A DNA stretch of 64,000 nucleotides from an uncultured Bdellovibrio sp. (GTDB lineage: Bacteria; Bdellovibrionota; Bdellovibrionia; Bdellovibrionales; Bdellovibrionaceae): assembly GCA_963932905.1 (NCBI GenBank), contig CAWVRN010000002.1, positions 1-64,000 of the forward strand, written 5' to 3'. Every line of letters begins with the position of its first letter. Position 1 is the stretch's first letter. Positions 10,000 through 19,671 of the stretch are shown here, piece after piece. The position numbers and the translations under genes are program-made. Under the pieces are notes generated by a model. That model was not told the DNA's origin, did no database searches, and saw only the letters and a program-made list of their open reading frames with translations.

Positions 10000-10115
10000 T
10001 CTAGCTGCTGAAGACGAGTAGTCTAGCTGCTGAAGACGAGTAGTCTAGTTGCGACAGACGAGTAGTCTAGCTGCTGAAGACGAGTAGTCTAGTTGCGACA
10101 GACGAGTAGTCTAGC
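9991..10115. repeat. 22-bp tandem repeat array, 5 full units plus 1 partial
   Basis: GACGAGTAGTCTAG followed by CTGCTGAA (A) or TTGCGACA (B); order A-A-B-A-B-partial. Confidence 0.95.
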
Positions 10116-11216
10116 CTATTCACCTATCATCAATGAAGAAACGCATTTAGTATCTACACCGTACGAATAAAATGGAACCGACAGTGCACGAGTTAGTGTT
10201 TTTGCATCCGGATTATACACCAATTTTTCAATTGAGTAATTCACTACCGTGGTCGCATTTGAAATAGCAGTGGCTACAAACAGCGCACGATCATCGGGGT
10301 TGTATACCATCGCGGAAATTCCATACAGCAAGTAACCTGCGGCGACGTATGTATTTGAATCGTAAATTTTAGTCGCATTCGTAATTGCGTTTGTCGTGTC
10401 GTTAAAATCATAAACATAAATTGAATTTAAATTCACGCTCAGTGAATTACCAGCATAGGCCACCATAATTTGGTTGTGTGAAGCGATATATTGAACAGCG
10501 ACAGGATACGCATTAACATCGGGTGCTGTTTGTGCTCCTAAACAATCAGAAGCTGTCGTATACCCATTGGCTGATATAACGCCCCAACGATTATTAGAGG
10601 CCGCCGCATTCGTGAAAATAATCTTTCCACTTGGAGTCACCGCCACATTATTGATGTTAGCATTCGTGGTTCCGCACGTAGCACCCAAGGAATTACCAAT
10701 ATAAGGAGCACCCATGCGGATGCCTTGGCTAGTTAGTTTTTCGATACCGGTCGTTTTAGCTACTAAGTATCCACCATCTGATGTTTTTGTGATTCCTTTA
10801 AGGGCGGCACTTAGAGCTGTAGTATTGTTTGTAAAAATGGTGCGTATCGGATTGTTGGCCTTAGATACTTTTTCAATTCGTCGTCCTGATGTATTCTCGA
10901 CCAAGATCATAACGTTCGTCGAATCTACATCAACGATGCTTACGGGTGAATCACCCGAGTTGGCAGGCAAACTAAAATAGTCAGCGATGCTCAGTTCCTT
11001 TTGTCCGCTTGTAAGACTCAATCTATATGTTTGATTTGATGAAGTCGTGGCCGTGAAAGTTGTATTCGTTCCGGAATAACATACGCCTGTTGATACATAT
11101 AAATGTTTTGTAGCCGTCACAGCTATAGATTCGACAGAAGGCGCAACTTCCTTCTTTTTGTCGCTGCATCCGACTAAGAACAGCAAAAATAACAAAAAAA
11201 TTTTACCGATAATCAT
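10116..11216 (-). CDS. Hypothetical lipoprotein, beta-rich (possible propeller)
   Basis: Lipobox LVGC; Thr/Asn/Ser-rich beta strands. Start moved to MIIGK. Confidence 0.75.
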   Translation of the reverse strand: MIIGKIFLLFLLFLVGCSDKKKEVAPSVESIAVTATKHLYVSTGVCYSGTNTTFTATTSSNQTYRLSLTSGQKELSIADYFSLPANSGDSPVSIVDVDSTNVMILVENTSGRRIEKVSKANNPIRTIFTNNTTALSAALKGITKTSDGGYLVAKTTGIEKLTSQGIRMGAPYIGNSLGATCGTTNANINNVAVTPSGKIIFTNAAASNNRWGVISANGYTTASDCLGAQTAPDVNAYPVAVQYIASHNQIMVAYAGNSLSVNLNSIYVYDFNDTTNAITNATKIYDSNTYVAAGYLLYGISAMVYNPDDRALFVATAISNATTVVNYSIEKLVYNPDAKTLTRALSVPFYSYGVDTKCVSSLMIGE

Positions 11217-11324
11217 GTCTACCTCGGTCAGCCTATCGGTAAACATATGTTTGATCTTTAAAAAATCTTTACAACGAGCGATTTTGAAACACAGGCAGGT
11301 CTAGGTCTGCCTGTTGAAACGAAA

Positions 11325-13625
11325 TTAATCAATCACGTTCAATGAAGGAAGTTGGCATTTCAGTTCAATGCGCTTCTGATTCATCAGTTTGCCGTAGTCG
11401 TCTAGACTTAAGGCCTTAGATGCCGATTTGAATTTCATTTTATCAAATCGTTCTTGAATCAACGATTTCGTCTTTGAGTTAAATGTCTTACCACCGCGGC
11501 AGAATGAAATGATTTGATCGCTGGTGTCGTTCACATAGGGATCGATCATGTCACACATAAATTGAGCAGAACCCAAATAATCTCTTGAAGCTTTGTATTT
11601 CAAATAAGCTTCTTGAAGCTGCTGACACGCGATTTCGTACTGACGAGAACCTTTTGGTAACGTCTTGATGTTAATGTTTTCGAGACGGCTCATCGTGTTC
11701 AAGTCTTGCATCATCGCTTTGTCTTGGTCGGCCCAAGATTTTTTTGTATCGATTTTGCCTTGAGCTGTCTTAGTGATTTGGAAAGAGCCTTTTTGTAAAA
11801 GCTTAACGAAATCAGTAAAGCGGCTTAACGACGTACGATGCATTTCCATATTGTTATCTAACCAAGCGTAAACCGGAGATTTAGAAGTTTGTACACCAAA
11901 GATGGTATTTGAACGGAACAAGCTAGCTTTTAATTCCTGAGAACGTTGATCTAATTCACTGCGGATGTATACGGCGTCAGGACGAGCCATTTCACGTAAT
12001 ACTTTAATCACGCGGTCCATAGAACCTTTTTCTGACTTAAGCTTGTTGTATTGAGCATTCCAAACTTTGTACTCGTCGCTTTGAGATAGCGTCGTTTCGA
12101 TCTCTTTAACTTCTTTGTTAACAATGTTGTCAGAGTACACGATGATTTCGTACATACGCTTCATCCACGTTTTTGTTTCTTCAGCACAGAGTGGAGTTGC
12201 TTTAGCCGCTTCAACGATATCGTCACCTAGAACTTTACCAACAAGAATACCAAGACGGTTTCTTGATTTAGTAAAAGCCAAGTACAATTCGTCAGATTCC
12301 GTTTGAATTTGTGGATCCACTGTACCTGTTCCTGAAATTGATGAGTCGCTAGTCGTATTTAGTTTGCTGGCTTCGATCGCTGTTTCAAGAATACGTAATA
12401 CACTGGCAGGGAACGTCTCAGCGTCTTTACTTTTCTTAACTAATGACGAACCAACTAAACAGATGCGTTCTTTGTCCTCGCCAGCGCCTTTGATTTTGGC
12501 GTTGTAAAGGTTCATGTTGTATTTATCATCAGCGATTTTTGATTCAACTTCTGCAACGTACTTTTCTGTTTGGTATTTGTACTGCATGATTGAAGTGAGT
12601 GTTGACGACGAATTGTTGTAACGCGCACGGAACGATTCTATATTTTTAAACAAAGTATCTTTGATATCGTTTAGACGACCTTCTTCACCTAATTGCAAGA
12701 AGTCGATTTTTTGTCTTACCTTAACGAACTGACACGTATTTTGTAGAATCGCTTTTCTAACTTCTGGATTGTTTAGGTCCAAAGAATTCGCGCGAGCATA
12801 TTGATCAAAACCTTTGATTGCTGTCGTTGCGTAAACACCGCCCATAAGAGCAACTTTAGTTGCAATACCAATTGCGGGATTTGCAGCCGCAAGGACTAGA
12901 CCGATGGGAGCTAAGTTATTAAAGATATCATTAACTGCTAATAGGGCGCGGCCTAATGAAGATTTTGAAGGACCGCAATTTTTATTTAGAAGTTTGTTGT
13001 TTGATAAATTGTTGGCGATGTTAGTAACCCCAGAAACTGCATCTGTAATTACGCGTTCAACATCACGTGTACTTGCCGTAGCAGCCAAATTTGGATCTGC
13101 TTGGATTTGTTGAAGTTGAGTGACCAAGTTTCTGATTTTTTCGCTATCAGAATAAAAATCAGTGTACTGAGATTGCTGTTGTTGTTGGCATTCAGGATTT
13201 ACACGCATGGAAGATGTTAAAGAATCTAGCGCGCGAAAAATAGAATCGTAAGGATTTGATTCAAATAGTGGGCAGTAAAATTCATTCGGAACTTGCGCTA
13301 CTTGAATTGTATTTGTTGAGGTTGTTGACCCAAAAATTGGATTGAATGAAGATCCTGAGCCACCAATTGGAATTGTGCCTGGTAAGCTTGGGGTAGTTGG
13401 AATGCCTGGAATACTTGGTAGACTTGGTAAATTAGGATTGTTTGGATCACTTGGTAGTTGTGGATCGCCAGGCAGTGACGGCAATGGATTACCGGGATCT
13501 GTAGGGTTTGTTACGACAATTGGAAACAAGTTATCATCGGGTCCACCTGTGGATGGAGTTTTTTGTGCTTGCACAGAACTAACAATCAACAAATTCACCA
13601 TCATGATAGATACAAGTTTTGACAT
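11325..13625 (-). CDS. Large secreted helical protein with Pro-rich linker
   Basis: Signal peptide VQA|Q; PSLP/PSIP repeats; hydrophobic segment; long coiled coils; many Cys. Confidence 0.8.
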   Translation of the reverse strand: MSKLVSIMMVNLLIVSSVQAQKTPSTGGPDDNLFPIVVTNPTDPGNPLPSLPGDPQLPSDPNNPNLPSLPSIPGIPTTPSLPGTIPIGGSGSSFNPIFGSTTSTNTIQVAQVPNEFYCPLFESNPYDSIFRALDSLTSSMRVNPECQQQQQSQYTDFYSDSEKIRNLVTQLQQIQADPNLAATASTRDVERVITDAVSGVTNIANNLSNNKLLNKNCGPSKSSLGRALLAVNDIFNNLAPIGLVLAAANPAIGIATKVALMGGVYATTAIKGFDQYARANSLDLNNPEVRKAILQNTCQFVKVRQKIDFLQLGEEGRLNDIKDTLFKNIESFRARYNNSSSTLTSIMQYKYQTEKYVAEVESKIADDKYNMNLYNAKIKGAGEDKERICLVGSSLVKKSKDAETFPASVLRILETAIEASKLNTTSDSSISGTGTVDPQIQTESDELYLAFTKSRNRLGILVGKVLGDDIVEAAKATPLCAEETKTWMKRMYEIIVYSDNIVNKEVKEIETTLSQSDEYKVWNAQYNKLKSEKGSMDRVIKVLREMARPDAVYIRSELDQRSQELKASLFRSNTIFGVQTSKSPVYAWLDNNMEMHRTSLSRFTDFVKLLQKGSFQITKTAQGKIDTKKSWADQDKAMMQDLNTMSRLENINIKTLPKGSRQYEIACQQLQEAYLKYKASRDYLGSAQFMCDMIDPYVNDTSDQIISFCRGGKTFNSKTKSLIQERFDKMKFKSASKALSLDDYGKLMNQKRIELKCQLPSLNVID

Positions 13626-13874
13626 ATTAACTCTCAAAGTCCACCTCACCGTTGCGCCCCTAAGATCTTGAGCAGTCTGTCTTTTATCATTTTTGATGTG
13701 GGAACGCTTATGCTATTTCACCAAAAGAAAAAAATACAAAAACTGACAGAGCGTTTTTCGTTCCTGTCTTTTTTTCATTGTCTCATGATGAGAATTTCAT
13801 TTTTAAGTCGCCGTTAGCGTCTTGGTAGCATTGAGTTTTGGCCGCAAATTTGTAGTATATAATTACAAGACACT

Positions 13875-14639
13875 TTGTCTGTTCTTGAGACAGTTCAAAG
13901 TGAAAGGTATAAATTGAAATTAGCAGTGGTAATTTTATTAGCGATATCAGTAAGTTACGGTCAGCTCCGCATGCCTCAAGGTGCATTTGACTCTTTGGAA
14001 CGCTTATCACCACTCAATGATAAAAATTACTTTCACGTTATCGATAAGCACGCCAAGCACTTAGGTAAAATTAACAATCGGAACCGGACTGAAACTAAAA
14101 AATTGAAAAGTGTAAAGCTATTTAAATTTAAAAGCACTCTATCTTCGTATGCCTATGGACGCCGTTTCTATGTTCCTGCGCGAGTAAATATCAATGATTC
14201 ATTTACTGAGGGGCTAAATAGATCGGTGCCGGCCTATATTCCTCCTTCGCAAAGCGAGGTCGAAGTAATGAAGTTCTTTGGAGATAAAATGATTCAGAAT
14301 TGGCTATCTTCTGCTGCAGTTAAAAACTCTTCGTTTGGTAAAGCCGCTACATCTGTCGAGCAAGCTATGAAAGTTGAAGCGTCTATTTCGGGTGCTCCTA
14401 CGGCGTCTGGTGAAAAGTCGATTGATCATAAGTTTTCATTTCAGTATCAGGCTTTGCAGTCTCAGGCTAAGGTGGATTACCACGGCTGGACGCAAGCACA
14501 ATTCGTTCACGATTCACGTGTGGGTGTATCGGCTGTCGAAGTTTCTGAGAAAGTATTTAAGAACAAAGACCTGGTGTTCAATCATACTAAAAATTCGGTC
14601 GAGACACGCAGTTCAGTGGCTCTTCGCTGGAACTGGTAA
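13875..14639 (+). CDS. Hypothetical protein, possible outer-membrane beta protein
   Basis: 254-aa ORF; ends ALRWNW (terminal aromatic residue). Confidence 0.65.
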   Translation: MSVLETVQSERYKLKLAVVILLAISVSYGQLRMPQGAFDSLERLSPLNDKNYFHVIDKHAKHLGKINNRNRTETKKLKSVKLFKFKSTLSSYAYGRRFYVPARVNINDSFTEGLNRSVPAYIPPSQSEVEVMKFFGDKMIQNWLSSAAVKNSSFGKAATSVEQAMKVEASISGAPTASGEKSIDHKFSFQYQALQSQAKVDYHGWTQAQFVHDSRVGVSAVEVSEKVFKNKDLVFNHTKNSVETRSSVALRWNW

Positions 14640-14652
14640 TCAGCAATCTCAA

Positions 14653-15909
14653 TTAATTTGATGTCCCGATATCCGTGCGAAAGTGAATGCCTGGCCATTT
14701 TACTTTCTCAGCCAAACTATAGGCATTCTTAATCGCTTCGTCTTTAGTGGTGGCAATGCCGACGGCACCTAGAACGCGGCCACCGTGCGTTGTCCATTGA
14801 TTATTTTCTTTCTTAACTCCAGAGGCGATCAAGTGTTGTGTGGTAGATTCAGTGACAGCATCATAGCCTTCAATGGGTAAACCTTTTTTAGGGCTGTCGG
14901 GGTAGCCAGGGCTGGCAAGTACCACGCAGCTAGCGAAGCTTCTATTGAGTTTCAATTCTCCTAAATTACCTTTAGCTAAATCTAGCAGAAATTCGCCGAG
15001 GTTTGATTCAACTAAAGGTAGAATACTTTGAGTTTCGGGATCGCCCATGCGTACGTTGTACTCAAGAACAGAGGGGTCATTGCCTTCAACCATGATTCCT
15101 AAGAAGATCACGCCTCGATAAACAGAATTACTTTTGCTTATTTCTGCCATGGTTGGTTCGATCACTTTCTTGCGAATGTTTTGATCTAGTTCTTTTGAAA
15201 TTTCAAGTGGCGCCCATGTTCCCATACCACCCGTGTTAGGACCTTTTTGGCCATTGTAAAGCCGCTTATGATCTTGAGCAATGGGTAGGCTGACATAGTC
15301 TTTACCATTTGTGAAAAATAAATAACTTAATTCCCAGCCCGGCGTAAACTGCTCTAACGCCGCTTTTGAGCCTGCGGACCCCAATGTTTTTTTCTCGAAA
15401 ATATTTTCAGCGGCGGTGAAGAGTTCGTCTGGCGTATCGCAGATGAAGACACCTTTTCCAGCAGCCAAACCGTCCGCTTTTAAAACATAAGGGGGGCTGA
15501 ATTGCTGAACATGCTTCCTGACTTGGTCCACAGATTCCACAAGTACATATTTTGCTGTGGGGATATTTGCCTTGATCATAAATTCTTTGGCAAAAACTTT
15601 ACTTCCTTCCAGCTGTGCCCAGTGCTGGCTGGGGCCGACTACGTTAAAACCTAGATTTCTTAAGCGATCGGAAACACCTGTTACTAAAGGATCTTCAGGG
15701 CCAATGAAGACAAAATCATAGCGATTCTCCGTGCAGAGTTTTTCGATAAATGCGGTATCGCCGAGTGATCTGTCTGTGAAACATAAGGCTTCTTTTGTCA
15801 TTCCGTCATTACCGGGGAACACATGAATTTCAGAATTAGCGGTCGTGCGCTTAAGTGCTTTAACAAAAGCGTGTTCCCTGCCGCCTTGCCCTAATATTAG
15901 AATTTTCAT
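14653..15909 (-). CDS. purD: Phosphoribosylamine--glycine ligase
   Basis: MKILILGQGGREHA, GPEDPL, LEGSK, KADGLAAGKGV, GPNTGGMG, GDPETQ; AAGGAG RBS before 15909. Confidence 0.97.
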   Translation of the reverse strand: MKILILGQGGREHAFVKALKRTTANSEIHVFPGNDGMTKEALCFTDRSLGDTAFIEKLCTENRYDFVFIGPEDPLVTGVSDRLRNLGFNVVGPSQHWAQLEGSKVFAKEFMIKANIPTAKYVLVESVDQVRKHVQQFSPPYVLKADGLAAGKGVFICDTPDELFTAAENIFEKKTLGSAGSKAALEQFTPGWELSYLFFTNGKDYVSLPIAQDHKRLYNGQKGPNTGGMGTWAPLEISKELDQNIRKKVIEPTMAEISKSNSVYRGVIFLGIMVEGNDPSVLEYNVRMGDPETQSILPLVESNLGEFLLDLAKGNLGELKLNRSFASCVVLASPGYPDSPKKGLPIEGYDAVTESTTQHLIASGVKKENNQWTTHGGRVLGAVGIATTKDEAIKNAYSLAEKVKWPGIHFRTDIGTSN

Positions 15910-15954
15910 GACGTCTCCTTTACTCGTAGGAAAATACAAACTAGTCTTTTTTGT

Positions 15955-17136
15955 ATGGAAAAAATAGTATTTATATCAGGCAAAAGAACTCCGTTCGGAG
16001 CCTTCGGTGGTTCCTTAAAAGATGTGTCCGCAACCGACTTAACCGTCGCAGCGACTAAAGCAACCTTACTTCAAGCTGGATTATCTGCTGACAAAATAGA
16101 TCATCTTGTGTTGGGTAACGTGGTTCAGTCTGGTGCTGATGCGGCTTATATTCCTCGTCATATCGCTTTAAAATCAGGAGTACCGATTCCTGTGCCTTCG
16201 TATTCTGTAAATCGTCTGTGTGGCAGTGGATTTCAATCGTGGGCTGAAGCTGCGAAAATGATTCTAACTGGTGAAGCCACTACGGTTCTGGCTGGTGGTG
16301 TAGAACAAATGTCTCAAATTCCTTATGTGGCTCGGAACGTTCGTTTTGGGGGCGTGCGCATGGGAAATTTTGAACTAGAAGATTACATGACCTCAGCATT
16401 GACAGATGCGTATTCGAAAACGCCAATGGCGATCACAGCCGAAAACTTGGGCGAGAAATATGGAATCACTCGCGAACAATCGGATCGTTACAGCATTCAA
16501 TCACAACAACGATACGATCAAGCCCTTAAGAAAGGTTACTTTGCAGAAGAAATTGCGGCGGTGACTGTTGAAACTAAAAAAGGTGCTATTGTTGTCGATA
16601 AAGACGAGCACCCAAAACCAGATTCTACATTCGAAAAAATTTCTACGCTGAAAGCATTATTTAAAAAAGATGGCCTAGTAACTGCGGCGTCCGCTTCGGG
16701 TATTGTTGATGGTGCGGCGATGAGCTTGTTAACTAGCGAGTCAAAAGCAAAAGAATTAAATTTAAAACCAATGGCCCGTATTCTTTCGTGGGCGAGTGTT
16801 GGGTGTGAACCTACGATCATGGGTATTGGCCCAGTGATGGCGGCAAAGCAAGCGTTAGCAAAAGCAGGTTTGGCTTTGAATCAAATGGATCTGATCGAGG
16901 TGAATGAAGCGTTCGCGGCTCAATACTTGGCAGTAGAAAAGGAATTAGGATTGCCAAAGGAAAAAACAAATGTGAACGGCGGCGCGATTGCCGTAGGCCA
17001 TCCATTGGGAGCCAGTGGAACGCGTATCATGAATCATTTGGTTTATGAATTACATCGTCGCAAAGCTCGCTATGCTTTGGGCAGCGCTTGTATTGGTGGC
17101 GGTCAGGGTATCGCAGTTATTATCGAAAGAATTTAA
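15955..17136 (+). CDS. Acetyl-CoA C-acyltransferase (thiolase)
   Basis: [27 protein letters not shown]. Confidence 0.95.
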   Translation: MEKIVFISGKRTPFGAFGGSLKDVSATDLTVAATKATLLQAGLSADKIDHLVLGNVVQSGADAAYIPRHIALKSGVPIPVPSYSVNRLCGSGFQSWAEAAKMILTGEATTVLAGGVEQMSQIPYVARNVRFGGVRMGNFELEDYMTSALTDAYSKTPMAITAENLGEKYGITREQSDRYSIQSQQRYDQALKKGYFAEEIAAVTVETKKGAIVVDKDEHPKPDSTFEKISTLKALFKKDGLVTAASASGIVDGAAMSLLTSESKAKELNLKPMARILSWASVGCEPTIMGIGPVMAAKQALAKAGLALNQMDLIEVNEAFAAQYLAVEKELGLPKEKTNVNGGAIAVGHPLGASGTRIMNHLVYELHRRKARYALGSACIGGGQGIAVIIERI

Positions 17137-17187
17137 TATTTTCAAAAGAGCCCCGCGCTCTTTTTTCCATAATAAGGGAGGGTTTTT

Positions 17188-18870
17188 TTGAGTGGTCAAT
17201 TGAACGTCTACGATCTTATCGAGGGTCGTTCCCAAAACACTCAGAAGATTATCTCTTTCTATGAAGACTATGTCTTAATTCATCAAAAGAGTTTTGCTGA
17301 AATCACTCACGATGTGGTTGTGATGACAAAGAAATTGTCATCACAATTGGTTAAGAACGAAATCTTTTTTGTCTCGCTGCCAAACTCTTACGATTTCCTG
17401 GTAGTATTCTTAGCGTCTTTAAAGGCGGGAGTTATCCCGGCTCCGATCGTCAGTGCGGACTCTATGATGAAGTCTGAATACTATGACTATTTAGATCAAC
17501 TTAAAGCATACACTCAAATTCAAAAGATCCTAGCCTTAGAAAATCATCGAACCGAATTGGTCCGCTCTGGTTTTGAAGTTATATCTATCGGCGAGACAGC
17601 CAATGGATCTAACCCTGAACAGTTTCTAAATAACCCTCAAAAACCGAAACTATTGCCATCTCATTTGCATGGGCAAATTGCGTTTATTCAATTTTCATCG
17701 GGTTCGACTTCAGATCCAAAAGGAGTCATGGTTTCACACAAAGCCTTGATCGAAAATATTACGATGATTCGCTTGTCTTTGGAGTTATCGGAGAATTCTG
17801 TTTTGGTATCATGGATTCCTTTCTTTCATGATATGGGTTTGGTGGGGAGTTTGCTGACTGCTATTTTAACTCCGTTTGAAACTCATATTCTTCGGCCGAT
17901 TGATTTTGTGAAGTCACCGCTGAAGTTTTTGGAACTCTCTGCAAAATTGAAAGCTACTGTGTGGGTTGGGCCCGATTCGATGTATCGAATTCTTTCCAAG
18001 AATATGTTCCAGGAAAAACTAAATATTGACCTTTCAAGTTTGAAAGTCTGCTTATGTGGTTCTGAACCCGTGTTGTTAGATACATTTAATCAATTCAAAA
18101 GTTTGGCCGCGCCTTATGGATGGAATCCGCAAAGTTTTATTCCGGGCTATGGCCAAGCTGAAAACGTTTTGGGCATTTGCTTTGCTCCGATGCGCTCACA
18201 TATAAAGACTCACGAAAAAAATAAACGTCAAATCGTTAGCTGCGGAAAACCATCACGTGATATTAAGGCTCAAATTTTAGATGAAAATCAGAAACTAGTA
18301 AAAGACGGAATTGAAGGTTTGATTTGGATTCAATCGCCTAGCCTGTGTTCAGGATACCTAGACAAAGATGATATGTTTAAAGCTAATTGTTTGGGTTCGT
18401 GGTTCTTCACTGGCGATATTGGTTTTATTAAAGACGAAGAACTTTATATTTCTGGTCGATATAAAGATCTGATTATTGTGGATTCGAAAAAATATTTTTC
18501 AGTAGATCTAGAACAACGGGTTTGGAATTTAATTGGACATGATAAACATGTGAAAAAAGTTGCAGTTGTTGGTAGAGGGCAAATCGGAGGGGATGAGTCC
18601 GTCACTGTGTGCGTCGAATGGTTAGATTTTTTACCTATCTTTAGTTTTCGCGTGCGTGAAGATTTTACGAACAAGATAATTCACAATTTGAAAAATCAAT
18701 TTAAGATAGGTAAGAATGATATTATTTATACCGGAGTACGTTCGTTGCCTCGCACCACGAGTGGTAAACTTAAGCGTTATCTTATTCGAGACAGAGTCAG
18801 TAAAAAACAACTTAAATATAGTTTGTGGAATATTTTTTGGCGGTCCTGGTTTCTTGGGATGATGAAATAG
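17188..18870 (+). CDS. Fatty acyl-AMP ligase-like adenylation enzyme
   Basis: FIQFSSGSTSDPKGV, WIPFFHDMGL, YGQAE, TGDIG, GRYKD, PRTTSGKLKR. Confidence 0.85.
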   Translation: MSGQLNVYDLIEGRSQNTQKIISFYEDYVLIHQKSFAEITHDVVVMTKKLSSQLVKNEIFFVSLPNSYDFLVVFLASLKAGVIPAPIVSADSMMKSEYYDYLDQLKAYTQIQKILALENHRTELVRSGFEVISIGETANGSNPEQFLNNPQKPKLLPSHLHGQIAFIQFSSGSTSDPKGVMVSHKALIENITMIRLSLELSENSVLVSWIPFFHDMGLVGSLLTAILTPFETHILRPIDFVKSPLKFLELSAKLKATVWVGPDSMYRILSKNMFQEKLNIDLSSLKVCLCGSEPVLLDTFNQFKSLAAPYGWNPQSFIPGYGQAENVLGICFAPMRSHIKTHEKNKRQIVSCGKPSRDIKAQILDENQKLVKDGIEGLIWIQSPSLCSGYLDKDDMFKANCLGSWFFTGDIGFIKDEELYISGRYKDLIIVDSKKYFSVDLEQRVWNLIGHDKHVKKVAVVGRGQIGGDESVTVCVEWLDFLPIFSFRVREDFTNKIIHNLKNQFKIGKNDIIYTGVRSLPRTTSGKLKRYLIRDRVSKKQLKYSLWNIFWRSWFLGMMK

Positions 18871-18871
18871 T

Positions 18872-19102
18872 ATGGAAAAAAAAATTGAAATTAGAAATAA
18901 AGTGGAAGCAATTTTCAAAGACCAATTTGGCGGCGAAACTATAGATTGGCAACGTTCATGGTCTGATTACAATTTTTCTTCTATACAGCTAGTGTATTTT
19001 CTAAAAGATTTGGAGGGTGCCTTTGGGGCTATTCCAATCGAAGAATTCTACGATCTGACTAATGGTGCTGAATTAGTGGATTATCTTTCTAAGCGGAAAT
19101 AA
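18872..19102 (+). CDS. Acyl carrier protein
   Basis: 76 aa, acidic; FSSIQLV serine motif; 1 nt after the ligase stop. Confidence 0.7.
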   Translation: MEKKIEIRNKVEAIFKDQFGGETIDWQRSWSDYNFSSIQLVYFLKDLEGAFGAIPIEEFYDLTNGAELVDYLSKRK

Positions 19103-19130
19103 AGGCTGCGTAAATATTTAAGCAGCCTTT
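19101..19130. terminator. Bidirectional terminator
   Basis: AAAGGCTGC/GCAGCCTTT inverted repeat between convergent genes. Confidence 0.65.
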
Positions 19131-19138
19131 AATAAGAA

Positions 19139-19525
19139 CTATTTAACAACCGTGACTTTGATTGTTTTGCTCATTTTAGGACCGTATGAACGGTGAGCGC
19201 CGTCTGCAAACTGCAGCGTCAGTTTGTGTTCACCGGGAGGTAAAGTTACCTCAGTTTCAGTTTGGCCTTTTCCAAAATGTAAGTGAGTAGCATCATTTGG
19301 AATAGCATCGCCTTCTTTGAACGCGTCCATATCAATAAGAATATGGTGATGTCCCGTTGTTTTATCATTGGCATCTTCGCCCGCTGGACGAATTTTTAAA
19401 CCCTTAACATCCATTTTAACTTTAAATGGGCTTTTCACTTTTTCACCGTCTTTAGGTGATACAAAATCGACTGTGTTGGCTAACGTGGTGATAGAAAATA
19501 GGAGGGCGATAAACAAATTTCTCAT
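19139..19525 (-). CDS. DUF4399-domain secreted protein
   Basis: GHHHILID, HFGKGQTE, LPPGEHKLTLQFADGAH; start at MRNLF after AAGGA. Confidence 0.85.
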   Translation of the reverse strand: MRNLFIALLFSITTLANTVDFVSPKDGEKVKSPFKVKMDVKGLKIRPAGEDANDKTTGHHHILIDMDAFKEGDAIPNDATHLHFGKGQTETEVTLPPGEHKLTLQFADGAHRSYGPKMSKTIKVTVVK

Positions 19526-19671
19526 ATATTCAGTCCTTTGAAGGTGTTTGATTGACCTGTTCACTCTACCTCTTAAAAACCTGACTTGTAAACATCACGT
19601 GGTCCTGCGTAAAAACTGCCGATCACCTCGGCCGTAACGCAACCGCAGTTCCTGCGGTCGTAATGATTTCA

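Noticed and set aside
9991..10115. CRISPR array
   Set aside because: Repeat is only 14 nt, the 'spacers' are 8 nt and recur, and there are no cas genes in the window.
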